This document shows positions 23,560-37,553 of a stretch of DNA of 64,000 nt, in pieces. The stretch's first letter is position 1, and every line of letters begins with the position of its first letter. The stretch comes from Laetmonice hystrix. Its lineage: Eukaryota. The notes under the pieces are model-generated. The model was not told the DNA's origin. It did not search any database and worked only from the letters and a program-made list of their open reading frames with translations. The position numbers and the translations under genes are program-made. The DNA is taken from contig OZ249436.1 in the NCBI GenBank assembly GCA_965235115.1, forward strand, positions 60,512,001 through 60,576,000. The letters are read 5' to 3'.

Positions 23560-26314
23560 GTACATGAAGGCTGAGAATGGAAGGAAGAAAAACCAGCTTT
23601 ACAATGCCATCCTGGCACGTATTGTAAAATATATTCCATGCAGTAACCTGGTGTCGACTTGATGTGTCACACAGTTAGCCAGTGGAAGCGATATGGTATA
23701 TCAGATCGTTGACATATTTCCCGTAATGCATGTAGAGCTATATTCAGTAGCTAAGGGATCCTGAAGCTGTTAATTGGGACGTTATCACCTAGAATATCAC
23801 CCACATTTTTGTCGGGTGGTCATAAATAATCTATACCAGGTCCTTTCCAATTGTCATATAAAGGTCCTATAAGTTTATATCTGTCTTGAAATGTAGATTT
23901 TGTTTTACTGGATATGCAAACCTCAGGTGTCAAAATATGGTTCACGCACACTGCGACTTCGGTCAGTGAGATTACTCTCTTTAAGCTGAGTAAAATGTGC
24001 ATTAAGTATAACGCCCCGTAGCCAACGAATATAGAAATATGCATTGGAATATGCAGGTAAACGAGGCATCAAACGGTATCTGCTGCTATAGGGAGCAAAC
24101 GCCCCATAGAAGAGGGAGGTAATGGGATCGTGTGGAGTTGGTCGTGGCCGGTTTCATCGTTTATTGGCAGAGTGTATTGAGGTCGGACTGGGAGCATACA
24201 TGACCTGTTATGTGTATTTATCAACCAGCCTGCTGAGACGAGCAGCCCGACACCGACTGGCCGTCAGGTGTAGTATCAGTAAATAACATGGATAGCTTCA
24301 ATAGAAGAAGACGACAGGATGGCATGTGTGTAGAGTACATCCCTGGCCAAATACGCTGACCTCCGAACTGCGAATCAAGAACCGGTTATGTTACGTTGGG
24401 GGGTGGGGGTTGGTGCGGTACCTGGCTGAGAGCGAGACACTCCTCGCTCAGCGGGTTGAGTCGGGTGTCATGGGGTAAATCTGGAACACAATCGTTGAGA
24501 TCACAGACTCTAGAGATTCAGCAAACAGTTCTGTGTGTACATCAGCCAGCTTGGTCGAGTGGGAACCTTTCTGTGTCGGACATGAATATTTGAGCTAAGG
24601 TGTGTTGGTCCGTAATCCAATCCAAACTCAGTGGAACTTCTGAGAATGGGAAAGAATTCTGCATTCCCAAGGGCCCATATTGGTTATCACGGAGATTGGA
24701 AGACAATTTTCTGGTTGGGTCTTCTCATGAAAGTTGCATTCTCAATTTCTGTCCAGTTTCATAGTTTCATGGGATCAATGTTCTGGTGATGTAAAGAGAA
24801 ATGAGATACATTTGTGAGAAAATAAGCGTTGTTACTGACATTTAGGGCGTATTAAAATTACGACTTCAACTTGGAGAACTATGTTTCAGCGATCAGTTTA
24901 TCCTCTTGGGTCAGACGAGGACAATTCCAGGAATTCTTCTTGTTGACTTTGGAAATGTGAGAATGAAACATGCTACAGCCTTTATAAACAGGGAGAAGAA
25001 ATACAAATACACATGAACATGTCGCCTCGAACGGGCTGTGTTATGTTTCAGCATTTGTCATTTAATCTCCTGTGCCAGTGTAATTCCAGGTTTAGCTCGT
25101 TGTTTGGTACTCAAGCACCTGAGGTACTTTGGAGGGGTTGACCCAAGATGTTTAGTAGAGAGATCGACATGCATTAGAAATTTAGTATGAGAATGATTCA
25201 TTGTGTAGAAGAAGGTGGAATCAATGCTAGGAGTTCAGATAAGGTGACAGGAGGCTTTGTTTGACGTGCAGGTCTGGGGTGAATGAGTGCAGGAGATGGG
25301 AGGTGTCGGAATGACCGGGCCTGCTGAATCTACCTCAGGGTGATGTAACCACAAACTGATAGGATAGTGAGGCCTGCATCGATCCTGATAAAAACATTTG
25401 GATGTGACCTGTCACTCAGCTGTCAGGCACTGCACTCTGGAAGGTAAAGGATCCAAATCAGCAACCTTATTACACCTGACTACTGACATCGACTGTGAAC
25501 CAAGTATACCAGGGGGATACCCAGAGGGGCGCCTACGTGTTGCACGTCAGGAACTATATTACTATAACTCGTGTATTATTAATAATTTGTAGGTCTTTGG
25601 TGGCCACTGTGACGGCAAAAGTTTGTTCCTGTCCAAATGCTAATGTCATGTCAGGAATGTGAAACGTAATGAAAGTAATTTTTTACATGTTACACATGAT
25701 ATTGAGTGAAAAGCAGCATGCCATTTACATAATAACCTTTTCAGTGGAGGATGAGCGTGGCATATCGGATGTCCCTGGACGGACACCTGCCACACTGACA
25801 GCAGTATTTCCTGTAGGAATGAGTCACACGTTAACGTTGCCTCTCATGATAAGGAACTGGTCAAGTTTCGTCCCTACCACCACATGCGGTACCCAACGTT
25901 TCCTGGGAGATACAAGGATGATTGTGTTTTAGATTCAGTCTGACCGTTTTCCTTGTGTGTTCATTGTGCCATTTTTTATTATAGCCACAGTAGGAAGCGG
26001 CAGGTCAAGATGGAGATTGTGAGCCATTGTTGTCGAGATGAGTATAGTGCTCCGAATGTCCGGTGTATCGCCAAGACGTGTTCTGATTACATCACGAACC
26101 TGTTCACATCCAGGGACGAGTGACGTCACTCCGTCTTGTCGTCGTGACATGGGCAGCAAACGTGCCGCTAGTGTATCACGATGGACACATTATAAACAAC
26201 CCCGGAACTCTGGGCTGATGACAAAATCCGCGCCCATTACCGGTGCAGAGATCGGGTTGGGTGCAATGACATCAAGTTGACATCCCAGTGACATCACGTA
26301 GGGCGTAGTTACGT

Positions 26315-27632
26315 CACATGGGGTGCAGTGGTATCCCATGGGGCGCAGTGGTATCCCATGGGGCGCAGTGGTATACCATGGGGTGCAGTGGTATCACATG
26401 CGGTGCAGTGGTATCACATGGGGTGCAGTGGTATCACACGGGGCGCAGTGGTATCACATGCGGTGCAGTGGTATCACATGGGGGGGGCAGTGTTGTCACA
26501 TTGGGTGCAGTAGTATCACATGCGGTGCAGTGGTATCACATGGGGGGGGCAGTGTTGTCACATTGGGTGCAGTAGTATCACATGCGGTGCAGTAGTATCA
26601 CATGCGGTGCAGTTGTATCACATGCGGTGCAGTGGTATCACATGCGGTGCAGTTGTATCACATGGGGTGCAGTGGTATCACATGGGGGGCAGTAGTATCA
26701 CATGGGCGGCAGTGGTATCACATGGGCGGCAGTGGTATCACATGGGCGGCAGTGGTATCACATGCGGTGCAGTGGTATCACATGGGGTGCAGTTGTATCA
26801 CATGGGGTGCAGTGGTATCACATGGGCGGCAGTGGTATCACATGGGCGGCAGTGGTATCACATGGGCGGCAGTGGTATCACATGGGGTGCAGTGGTATCA
26901 CATGGGGGGGCAGTGGTATCACATGGGGGGCAGTGTTGTCACATTGGATGCAGTGGTATCCCATGGGGCGCAGTGGTATCACATGGGGTGCAGTGGTATC
27001 CCATGGGGCGCAGTGGTATCACATGGGGTGCAGTGGTATCACACGGGGCGCAGTGGTATCCCATGGGGTGCAGTGGTATCACATGCGGTGCAGTGGTATC
27101 ACATGGGGTGCAGTGGTATCACATGCGGTGCAGTGGTATCCCATGGGGCGCAGTGATATCACATTGGGCCCAGTGGTATCACATGGGGTGCAGTGGTATC
27201 ACATTGGGCCCAGTGGTATCACATGCGGTGCAGTGGTATCCCATGGGGCGCAGTGGTATCACATGGGGTGCAGTGGTATCACATGCGGTGCAGTGGTATC
27301 CCATGGGGCGCAGTGGTATCCCATGGGGTGCAGTGGTATCACATTGGGCCCAGTGGTATCACATGCGGTGCAGTGGTATCCCATGGGGCGCAGTGGTATC
27401 ACATGGGGTGCAGTGGTATCACATGCGGTGCAGTGGTATCACATGCGGTGCAGTGGTATCCCATGGGGCGCAGTGGTATCCCATGGGGTGCAGTGGTATC
27501 ACATGCGGTGCAGTGGTATCCCATGGGGCGCAGTGGTATCCCATGGGGTGCAGTGGTATCCCATGGGGTGCAGTGGTATCCCATGGGGTGCAGTGGTATC
27601 ACATGGGCGGCAGTGGCACCACATTGGGCGCA
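26315..27632. repeat. 20-bp minisatellite (consensus CATGGGGTGCAGTGGTATCA), about 65 units
   Basis: Direct 20-bp periodicity with variants CATGCGGTGC, CATGGGCGGC, CCCATGGGGCGC and CATTGGGCCC. Confidence 0.97.
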
Positions 27633-30600
27633 TTGACGTCGCATTGGTCGCAGCGTGCGGCAGGTTGGTCGTGCGTGACGGCTGTGGTTAAGATCCTACC
27701 GTTGTATCAAGTCGATGATCCCCCTACGGCTGTCCAGTATCCGCCCAGCCTCACCTAATCTGAGGATCATCAGGGATCAACGCAATACCTGAGAGCACTT
27801 CAAAGTCACCGTGCAAACGTTCGGTCCGATCATTTTCACTGACATTCGGCACGAATCGTTCCTGAAATAGAATGTTTGTAACTTTACCTGATTTAAATTC
27901 AGACCTGCGCCAGAGTTCCAATCACGAAGGGATCGCAAGGGATACGGTTCAGTTTCCACTTGTAAAAGGTTGTCAATCGATAGGAAAAGACAACTCTGAG
28001 GAATCTGAAATGGGATTTTGATCAAAGACAACTATTTTCCCCGGTGACCATGTTAGTTTTTTTTAACATTTAACATAACTAAACGTCCTTTCTAGTACAT
28101 AATGTAAATATAGGATTAAATGTGTTAGGATGAAATGTGATTCATCGCACCTGGCGGGGGTAGTAGGAACTATGGCTAGTGGGGAGGGCGGCAGCTTATC
28201 ATAGGTATGGTATGTGTTAACGGGAACTTTGACTACGTGGGGGAGAGATTTTGTGTGATGTGTGCCAGCCAGCTGGTAGAAGTAGGAAGTACGATTCCCT
28301 CTCAGTAGAAGAGAGAACACTTGGTCTGTGTGCACCGTTTCAGAACACAGATCTCCATACGGCTGAACCCACTACGTCTTTGGAGAGAAAGTACTATGGC
28401 TCGACGAACACTCCTAAAGTGCACTGAAAAGTTGCCCTTCTGCTTCAATTCATCGATGGCATTTTACATATTATCTTTTTTTTCTGTAATAGACATGACA
28501 TGTGAGACTCCGTAGGGTTTACCGATAGGGGAAGCCTTAATAAGGCGGTCAGTTGAATGCGTGGTTCTCAGTGCCAGGTCAGCACTGAGTAAAGAAATCA
28601 AGTTAGAGGGGCACAGATCGTATGAACGTGTCGTTTGGATGGAGAGATGTATTCTGTGCGGACGGCGGGGGGTGAGAGTGGCCAGCTGGGCCGGGTTTGT
28701 TCACGCTTCCTGCCCTCAGGGTATGGACCGACACGGGATATTATAGATCCAATCTGGATCCTGTCATGTGAAGCAATAATCACCACGTGAAGCTCGGGTG
28801 TAGGATTACAGGTATCGGTAAGGCACACCTCAGTGGTGAAAGGGACAGGTGAGGCCGTTTTTAACAATAGCGCATGTAGAGGTTTTGTGAAAGGCTGAGG
28901 GTGTGTGTGTAGTAAATTACTTAGTCTTTAATAGCTCTTTTCGCCCAGTTTCTCTTAGAAAAAGATTTGTAATGTAGTTATCTGAATATAGCAGATTTTT
29001 TTTCGGGAAGAACGATGTTTTTTCCAGCATCTCTCTTTTTTTTTAGAATTACACGATAATTTGTTTTGATTATGTTTGTAAGGTTGTCATTTTCAGTGTT
29101 TGCCAAGTACCAGTCGATAGACTCATTCTGTCCTTGAAATCTCTCACATTATTTACGGTATAGATACCGGTCTAATTGAAGTGTCGGGGATGTTCTGTAA
29201 TATTACACAGAGCCCCGACAGCCTGGATACCCTCACAAGATAAAGTGGTTGTACCTGTAAGTTGTAATCCAAACTGGGTCAGCACCTGAACTGTGATCTG
29301 AACTGATATCATCATACACCCCCCCCCCCCTCCCACACCGTCCACGTTTATCTGTCAGCCAAAGAAGCCGACGTGTAACCATTCGGAAGAACACCACGCA
29401 GAATGGCGTTCTTGCTGGCAGCAGAAACCAAAAGACATGCCAAAGTTTGAGCGCACGAATGCATACAAGAGTCAATGATGGGGTCTTTCTTTACCCATGA
29501 ATTGCGTGATTAGTCAATTGCCTTGATTGCACAACACAGAATAATTGGTAATTGGACCTTTTTGATTCGAATGTTTTTTTAATCCATTTTTGACCGACTA
29601 ACTCCTGCGCGTGTGCGATGCAGCAGAAAGGCCAGATGAAAGAAATCGGTCGAACAGAGGACAGATGCCGCATTATTTGGTTGTCGTGTTCAATAGGGGG
29701 AAATTACTCACAGAGGTTTGCGAACAATCAAAGGGCAACCGTAGGGTCCTTGGGGCGGGGATACTCGGGATGAGGACCGACTATAGCAACAAAGATGTGA
29801 GGGAAACCGAAGGTAGACAATTGGGCTCCACCTCCCCAGGTAGAAAATATATGTTTCGGGGGTAGGACTGAACCTAGGTGTACAAACGGTCATTGTGTGT
29901 GTAACTAGAGCTTTATTTGGGTGACGTTAGGAATCGTGAAATATATCTAGACACACTTTGAGAGATGCAATAAATAACATTCATATTGTGTACTATCTAT
30001 ATTTGAGATCAATTAGGATACTCCTCTCAGTCAGTAGTTAATTGTGGCATATGAACTACTATTTCCTGATTACCTAGGTGATTAGAAATTCATAGATAAT
30101 GAGTATGTTGGTATCTTAACACTCGGAATCTATTTAGACTGAATATCATCTTGTTATTTAACAAACTAAAGTATTAATATTTTATGGTAGTTCCTTAAAA
30201 AAAATAATAATACAGTAGTGTGTTGTGTGTAAGTGTAGTGCCTGAGGACTAGAGTGACGTCAGGTGAGCGCAGGTGTGTTGCTGCAATCATCAACTAGGT
30301 CACAACCAGTGAGCCACAGCCAGACACTGGGAGGCTGTTGGCCATCGTCAAGGTACGCTGGCTCACCTGTATTACTGCTTCCATTGATGCTTGCTGGTGG
30401 TGGGCAGGCAGTCCACCTACCTTCAGTCACAGATGGCCAGCCTGTCAGACCTTACCGTACCTGGACAAAATTAGCGGATCACTACAGTACCACGGTTTCT
30501 ATGTGGGTTTTAAATCAAACCAAGGATATATTACTGGATTTAAAGGGACATGTCTCCAGGGAAATGTACGGTGACAGACACAACGGCTACTATCGTTACA

Positions 30601-33600
30601 ACCACGGACAGGATCGCCATACTGTGACACGCTTCGGGTAGGTTTTATTGCCAGCTGTTGTTCCATTGTTGCTGTCTGTTGTTCAGTGGTAGCAGACTTT
30701 TAAAAATCAACGGTTAAAGGAATAGCGTGAACAGCTCCGGCAAGGACTGGACGGGTGATTTCAGATTTTACTGTCGTCAGGATTCATTATAATTGAAGAT
30801 ATAAATCGTGACGCACACGACTATAAATTAGTGGGGCTTCAATATTATAGTGTTATTTACAGCCTTCAGGTGTCCGGATCATATAATATCTCTGTTTTCA
30901 AATTGACAGCAGGTCTAGACCGTAAGATTGAATGATTGCAGGAAACTCGGTGAGATTTTGACTGACAGTCGTCAGGATGTATCATAGTTTGCACGGGACG
31001 TTGAGTCATTGGTTTCCTGTGTCGGATTTTATTACTGGTTGCTCCGTCAGTGGAATTTGATATTTAAACAAATGAATATCAAATCAAAAAGGGATATGTT
31101 CAATAGGAAGGGGCGGGGGGGGGGGGGGGGGGGTAGAAAGCTTCTGCGTCATGTGATGGTTAGGCTACAGCTCAATGTTTTTATCACGACTAATGAATGA
31201 ATGTGGTGTTTCCCGAGTCCAGGTAGATACTGAGACCGAGGTGTAGTTGTCATGGTTTCAGCCCACGGGTCGTCAGGAGCCCACTGGTCGAGGTTGGCCC
31301 TAGGTTAGGAGGAAGGCCCCTGAGCTCTACATCATGAATGGTGGGTTGTAAGTGTGGGTACAAAGAACACTGGTAAACGTCATGGTTGACGTACAGCAGC
31401 AGTTTATATAGCAACGGTCCCACAAAGTGGATTACGGCAGGAGAATTCGTCGTTTGACGTGCAGCATTCTTGTCATCATGAACGGAGACTGATGTTGGTA
31501 GACGCTGTCTGAGGCGACCAGGCGGATTGAAGATCTGTAAGACAGACAAGGGTTGTGACCAGAGTCAGGTTCAGCCCGTATGTTCGAGGGTCACATTCTG
31601 CGACAGTAGAAAATATGACCGTTTCGAGTTGAGCTACTGTGTGACAGACAAGGGATGTGACAGGATTGACCAGAGTCAAACTCAGCCCTCTCTGTGACAG
31701 ATGAGGCGTGCAGCGCCCACCTGACATCTTGAGGCCGAAATCAAAACAACCACAGGCCATTGTTCCGCTCAATCAGAATTAAAATAATTGATTTCTGTGA
31801 ATAACACTTAATGAGCTCTTTGTGGCTTTCAAGCTCGACAGCTCTTCTTCCTGCACTGTATTCCAGCTTTCAAAAGTATAATTTTCTTTTTCAACCCTTT
31901 GCGGTTGTCTACCACTATTGAATCCTAAAATAAAACGTGTCCATGATTACTAGGAGTGGACATGAAGTGAAAATGGATCCACTACAAGAATTCCACATCG
32001 ATAAAATAACAGATCGATAAAAAGCTCCGTGTTAATCAAGACACCACCTGAAGCGAGAGAGGTGAAAACGCATCATGACATCCTGTGTTTTCAACAGTGA
32101 AACCAATTTCGTGTAGAACCAAAACGACGAAGAAAGTGATTTAATATATTCTGGTCGGACCCCACGCTCATTTCGTCTTTGATGCCACATGGGTATGATG
32201 AATTTACCGGGTTGTAACTCGAGTGTAATTGAACCCGGGGCCAACATGCAATCCTGTCATGAGAAGTAGCGGAGTTCATTAAACCATTGTCTGCTCGGAG
32301 ATGGAACCCTCTCTGGATGAAGGCCGATACCGGCTTTAATAACCCGTCAACAGAACACCTTAATAAAGGACAATAGATACCTGTGAAAGCTGGAAGGGGT
32401 AGGCGTCAGGGGGTACACAGGCTGTACGGGGACAATAGGGGTAGGTTACCCTCAAGGTGACGGCACGCCATTAGCGGCTCTTGCCAGGCAGTTAAGTGTG
32501 ACGTGCCAAACCCATATGTAACCATATGTAATTAAGGGTATACTGGTAGTATATATATATGTATATTGATATACCATCATGGTGTAATACAATATGCACA
32601 ATTAAACCGGAGGACCCTACTTCATCCTGTATTCTACCTCTGGCAGGCACGGAGTAAAAGCTTTCGACAAAGCATGGGTCCGGGCAAAATATATTTTCTT
32701 TGAAGTTAGTTGATTTTACAATAATTTATCTTTTCACCGGTGGACATGTCAAAGATAGCAATACCTCGAACCAGATGCTCCATCCGACCCGATAACACCC
32801 AAACGAGGGGGTATTTATAAAGGGAGACCTGCTTAGTGTCAGTGTCTATAAATGACACCTGTAAAACCTGATGGTGATGACAATCGACCAGCTGGGTGGT
32901 CGGTGTATCAGTATTGGATCAGCACGATGACCCTGCTGGTAATAGCCTTCGAACTCACCATCGATATCCTCAAATCTGATAACAAGCAACCCACAAAGTG
33001 ATGATGATATAATCTTATATTATATTACACAGCAGGAAGTATTAGGTTTATGATAAACCTTTGGAGCACCACCATTTACGTGTACTGGTTATGGATTAAG
33101 GAGCTGTTAATCTGACAGGACAAGTAATGTGTCAGTGGGGAATATTGGAAGGAACAGTGCACAGATGACATAATGGACAGAATTCATTACAGTGCCAGGG
33201 TCAGTCTGGCATAGTTAGGGTGGGATGCACAGCATGGGACTCCTCATTTGACCGTCCGTTTATGTGGCAAACAGGCTGGGGGCACACTGGACTATAATGG
33301 TTAATTTTGATTTTTATTACCAGTTGAATATTAGATTTAAATATGGCAAATCGCTGAGTCATCAGTTGATTTAAAATGCCAACACTGAAAACATAAGTTT
33401 CCTAGACTGTTGAGACGTAGCTCAAGGTCCTTGCTATTGTTTGGTACATGTTGAAGATGATTTTGTTCTCTCGCTCAGATCGACTCGGGAACAGTAAAAG
33501 TCAGAATCCGGTGAAAGATGTCTGTTGTTACACAGTGGTAATAACACAGAAAAACAGAACGCTTTCACTCGTTAACCCATGAATAATTTGACCGTTACGA

Positions 33601-35269
33601 GGTGTCGGTAGACTCATACAGTCAGGATATTAAAAGGTCATTAAGCTGACCCATTAAATGTCGTGTAAATGGGTCAGTATGGAGAATGGCAATCGGCCAG
33701 GGTAATTAATGAAATGCATGTATGGTATGAATAAAGGGGGCTTTTTTTAATGGAGGCCTGTCCCAGTTTGATCCATGAATCCTTTGATACTTTTACGTAC
33801 TGATTCATTTTCACAGAACCTGTTTCAGGTTCGACCATGATGTTAAATAAGTTGATTGAACATTTTCCTTGGTCGTATAAAGATGTATTACTTAAAGGTT
33901 TTACACCTGTAGAACGACTTCTGTGGAGGAGATAATTTTTCTGCTTTATGATGTGCAACATGTATGGCATGAGATCCCCCTCCCTCCTATACAAAAAGAA
34001 AACATTGGGTGCTTCGAGGTGTACGTAACCCGAAGCTACCCCCCAGTTTATGACTGCAATCTACTCGACTAACTTGAATACTTTAAAAGGAGTTATTATG
34101 GAAGGAGTCAGGGGTCAGGGGTAGCCCCAAACCATAATACAGCTATCCCTGAGTCCATTGACAGCCAAGAGGTGTGGTGTGACGGAAAGAAATCGTTGTA
34201 ACCCTTCCCTGGATGAACTGACCTTGGCACCAACAACTTCCGGTGGCGTTCTTTCCAATGGGTCGAGATCGTCTGATGTTGACCTTGGAGCGGTCAACCA
34301 ACCGTGGAGCAGCTAGTCCGGGTTGACCTCATGTCGCAGGTCACCGGCTGGGACAAACGGGATCAGTGGAGCAAGGCGGTCTTATGTCCTCACTGGATGC
34401 CAGTGTCACCCAAATAATCTTCAGCATGTTTTATGGAGGGAGAATTCGGTCAAAACTTGTAAAATCCCTCTGGAGTGTGCTGAGGAAACGATGCAAAAAG
34501 AACTCAATGGGATGACCTATTTTAATTTGGTGACTAAATACTGGCCCTGACGAAGTTGTTGGAACCAGGATGAGATTCAACCATTTTACCTTCAATAGTG
34601 AAAACAGGAGTTACCGCGTCTTCCGTCTGGAACGTTAGGTTTAATTATCCTAATCTAGAGAGCACCAAACAGTAAATAATACTAAATGACAATGTAAATA
34701 CTGCGGAGCAAGTGGATAAAAATGAAAATTTCAAATAAAACTCTAATCTTGTTCTAGAAGAGAGCGGTGGCCGTGGTCTGGGCGAGTCGGATGTTACCGG
34801 TGAAGGTTCAGCTGGTTGTTTAGTACCTTTTCAGACGCAGCTATTTTATTTCCATTTGATTTAATTAAATTGGCACAAACTAGCTGATATAATTTACAAT
34901 GGTAATGAAGAACTTCTTTACGTACGAATCACGTAGATGACGCTGCGTATTGAATGTACAATACTTCCTCGTTCAGGTGAATGATATGAAGCTTTTTAAT
35001 AGATTTCTTTTTGTTGGACGTCCTGTTTGGAATGAACGTTGCATAGCAACTAATTGCTGATTCTTGACGTGGTAGGCAGGTGTAACTGTGTGTGGGAAAG
35101 GTGGTCAACGTCCAGTTGACAAAACGTGGCCATGGTGTTGACACTGGTTGACAAGAAACTAATTAGACATGAAGTAGTACGGTAACCAGACCTAGCGAGC
35201 CGTGATGGTAACGGGAATTTGTTCATTCTAACGTCAGAAATACTGGTAATAAATATAAAGTTGGATGTT

Positions 35270-35570
35270 GAAAGGCTTTACCGTTATGCTGAAGAAACAG
35301 TTGTGCAGTCTGTTGGCCTCATCATGAATGAGAAAGTTAACCCGTAATTCACTGTGGCTGCCAGGCGGACTTGGTTAAGATGTTGGTTGGGTAAATTTTG
35401 TTGCTGATAGCTGAATGGAAACACTGGCAGTCATCAAAAAGTACAGGATTCCTCAAATATTCTGTTGGAGACGAATGTCAACAGTAACATTGGAAACCGT
35501 TAACTGGCTACAGCCAGCAATTAAGGTGGATTGACAAACCGAATAGGAAAACAACTTTCACTAATGGAGT
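35270..35570 (+). mobile_element. Highly decayed non-LTR retrotransposon (RTE-like) ORF2 fragment
   Basis: Broken frames give RLYRYAEETVVQSVGLIMNEK, then NG/ETLAVIKK/FLKYS, then NIGNR*LATASN*GGLTNRIGKQLSL. These are colinear with the recalled post-RT motifs VGLxINxKK, NGExLExVxxFKYLG and IxxRIAKAxxAFGRL. Confidence 0.4.
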
Positions 35571-36220
35571 TGGGGATTTGAGAGCAAACATGGAATGCAG
35601 TGTTTTCCTTAGGAATTTAGGCACACTTTTTTTTCCACACTTACTTTCCCGGAACTAATAACGCTATACTCAACCAGACAGCTCTCAGTTGCCATGGCCA
35701 CAAAGCCTTTGCGAAGCCTCGAAATACGAAATTTACAGAGACGATAGGAATTTGCCCTGAAGTATATTTGATAGCCATCGTTTACCTTGCTTGGATTTAT
35801 GGTCAGTGGAGGGGGTCAGATATTGAGTGGTCTGAAGAAGTGGTCCACCCGCCCTCCCCTCCCCGGTGAAGGGCCCTTGGTGTTAGTGGCACGTCGGCTC
35901 CGGTACCACTTAATGCGGAGTCGAGCCAATCTACTGATCGGTGGTCAGTCGTACACCGGTGACTGAGCCAGGCTTACCGTCGGTACACAGCTCTCGTCTC
36001 GTGGGCGGATAGACGAGGCTTGGAAAAGTAGACAATAATGATGTGAGGGATCAGGGATGGAAGGGGATCAGAGATGTCGCCATGGTGATAGCAATCTTCC
36101 ACCCTTCCCGTGAAATCCGGGGGTAGTCAGGGCGGAAATTTTTCAAAAGCAGGGTCCCATACTGAGTGACCCTTGCCCATGTCGTAGCTATGGATCCATT
36201 CATCCACCCATACATCTGTG

Positions 36221-36265
36221 CCCCCCCCCCCCCCCCCCCGAAGAAAAATCTTGGATCCGCCCCTG
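36221..36265 (-). mobile_element. Terminus of a CAGGGGCGGATCCA-type MITE family (a related end lies at 4599-4620)
   Basis: The minus strand reads CAGGGGCGGATCCAAGATTTTTCTTC followed by a poly-G run; 4599 reads CAGCGGCGGATCCACAGGGGG. The partner ends were not identified. Confidence 0.45.
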
Positions 36266-37524
36266 GTAGTACTCTAAGGTATGGCAACCTCGTTATTTTA
36301 AAAGTTTGTGTTGAGGTAGCATAGACTTTGCGAAGTATAGCAGATTACTGCTATCTGTACCGCACCAGAATTTTCCCGACCATTCAACTTTCGTTTGAAG
36401 GTAATCCCATCATGCACCCACAAGTACATGTATAAGCCGTGAGGAACAGATGTTTTTATTTGATTTTTTTGCACTCCGATAGTGGAAGTAGAAAATGTAC
36501 CGAGCTTGAAACGTAATACAACAGTAGCATCCTGAAAATCATGTCATCCATCTCCCTTTGAGTAGTGATACGTCTATGCCGTCGTTGGTGAACGAATGAA
36601 AAAGTGTCCGGCAGCGAGTTTGTTTGCGCTGGTGTCTCGCTAAATGAGGGCCGCCCTGGGTATAGCGTGTGTGTGTGTGGGGGGGGGGGGGGGGGGGGGG
36701 TTAGCGGCTTGTACCGCCGGAGGCGTCCACGACTGGCGGTGTAACTTGCTGGCAGTTAATCCTCTGGCCGCTTTGCAGGAGGGCCAAGTCTGACTGTTCA
36801 CAGGATTATCGTCAGCTTTGGGTGTGTCATCTGAGAGGTGATGATGCTGCTGGTACAAGTCGTGACGCTGGGCGTGTTATTCCGATCCTAGGGCCGGGTT
36901 CTTAGAGAGGTGCACATAGCATGTGAGTTATATTGGGTAAGCTTACAAGAATGAAAACATAAATTTTTCCGTCCCATAGTGTCCAGTGCATGTCTGAGAT
37001 ACTGGCCGTCTTCTTAGCAGGAACATCAGTGGTTGACCATAAAAAGAGCTCAGACGGAGCGCCGAGAGATAATAGTATGGAGAGTGGTGTAGTCGTTAAT
37101 GGAACTGGACTGGGTAATATCCGGTGCTGGATGGAAAGCTCCTGTAATTGCTTATGTGCAGGAAGTAGTCGACATTTGGAAAAGGATGCAGAATATTTTG
37201 CCCTTTCATGAAATCTGGAGAATATGCTGTGAAGCCGAGCGACTGTAATGACAATTACTTTCTGTCTCTGACTTGTAGGACGTTTGATGGTAGAAAGTCA
37301 TGCACTATTCTCGATTCCAAGCTCAGTATTCTAATACAGTATTCCTGTAGAAATATAGGAATGTAATTGCCTAATGCCAAACCGTTGAAGCGTAGACCTT
37401 CATTTCCAATATGTTTTCTTGCTGCAGTAATACACGTGCTGGCTTTTACGGAGAAGGATTATAGTAGTGCATTATTATCCAGTGTTGTAAAAATTATGAT
37501 TGGAGTGAGACCATGTAATAACTG

Positions 37525-37553
37525 AATGTTTTCTTTATGTGTTGCAGGTAAGT
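37525..37553 (+). other. Candidate recursive splice site (ratchet point)
   Basis: tgttttctttatgtgttgCAG|GTAAGT: a strong acceptor directly abutting a perfect donor consensus at 37547|37548. Confidence 0.55.

Noticed and set aside
26318-27758. Long ORFs up to 412 aa in all three + frames
   Set aside because: These are a by-product of a nearly stop-free 20-bp minisatellite, giving a 20-aa periodic peptide with no gene structure.
30537-30730. TTAAAGGGAC / TTAAAGGAAT Kolobok-like left ends
   Set aside because: No matching right terminus was found nearby.
34960-34982. Third AG|GT candidate (cttcctcgttCAG|GTGAAT)
   Set aside because: The pyrimidine tract is short and the donor weaker, so it is within chance expectation for a 40-kb intron.
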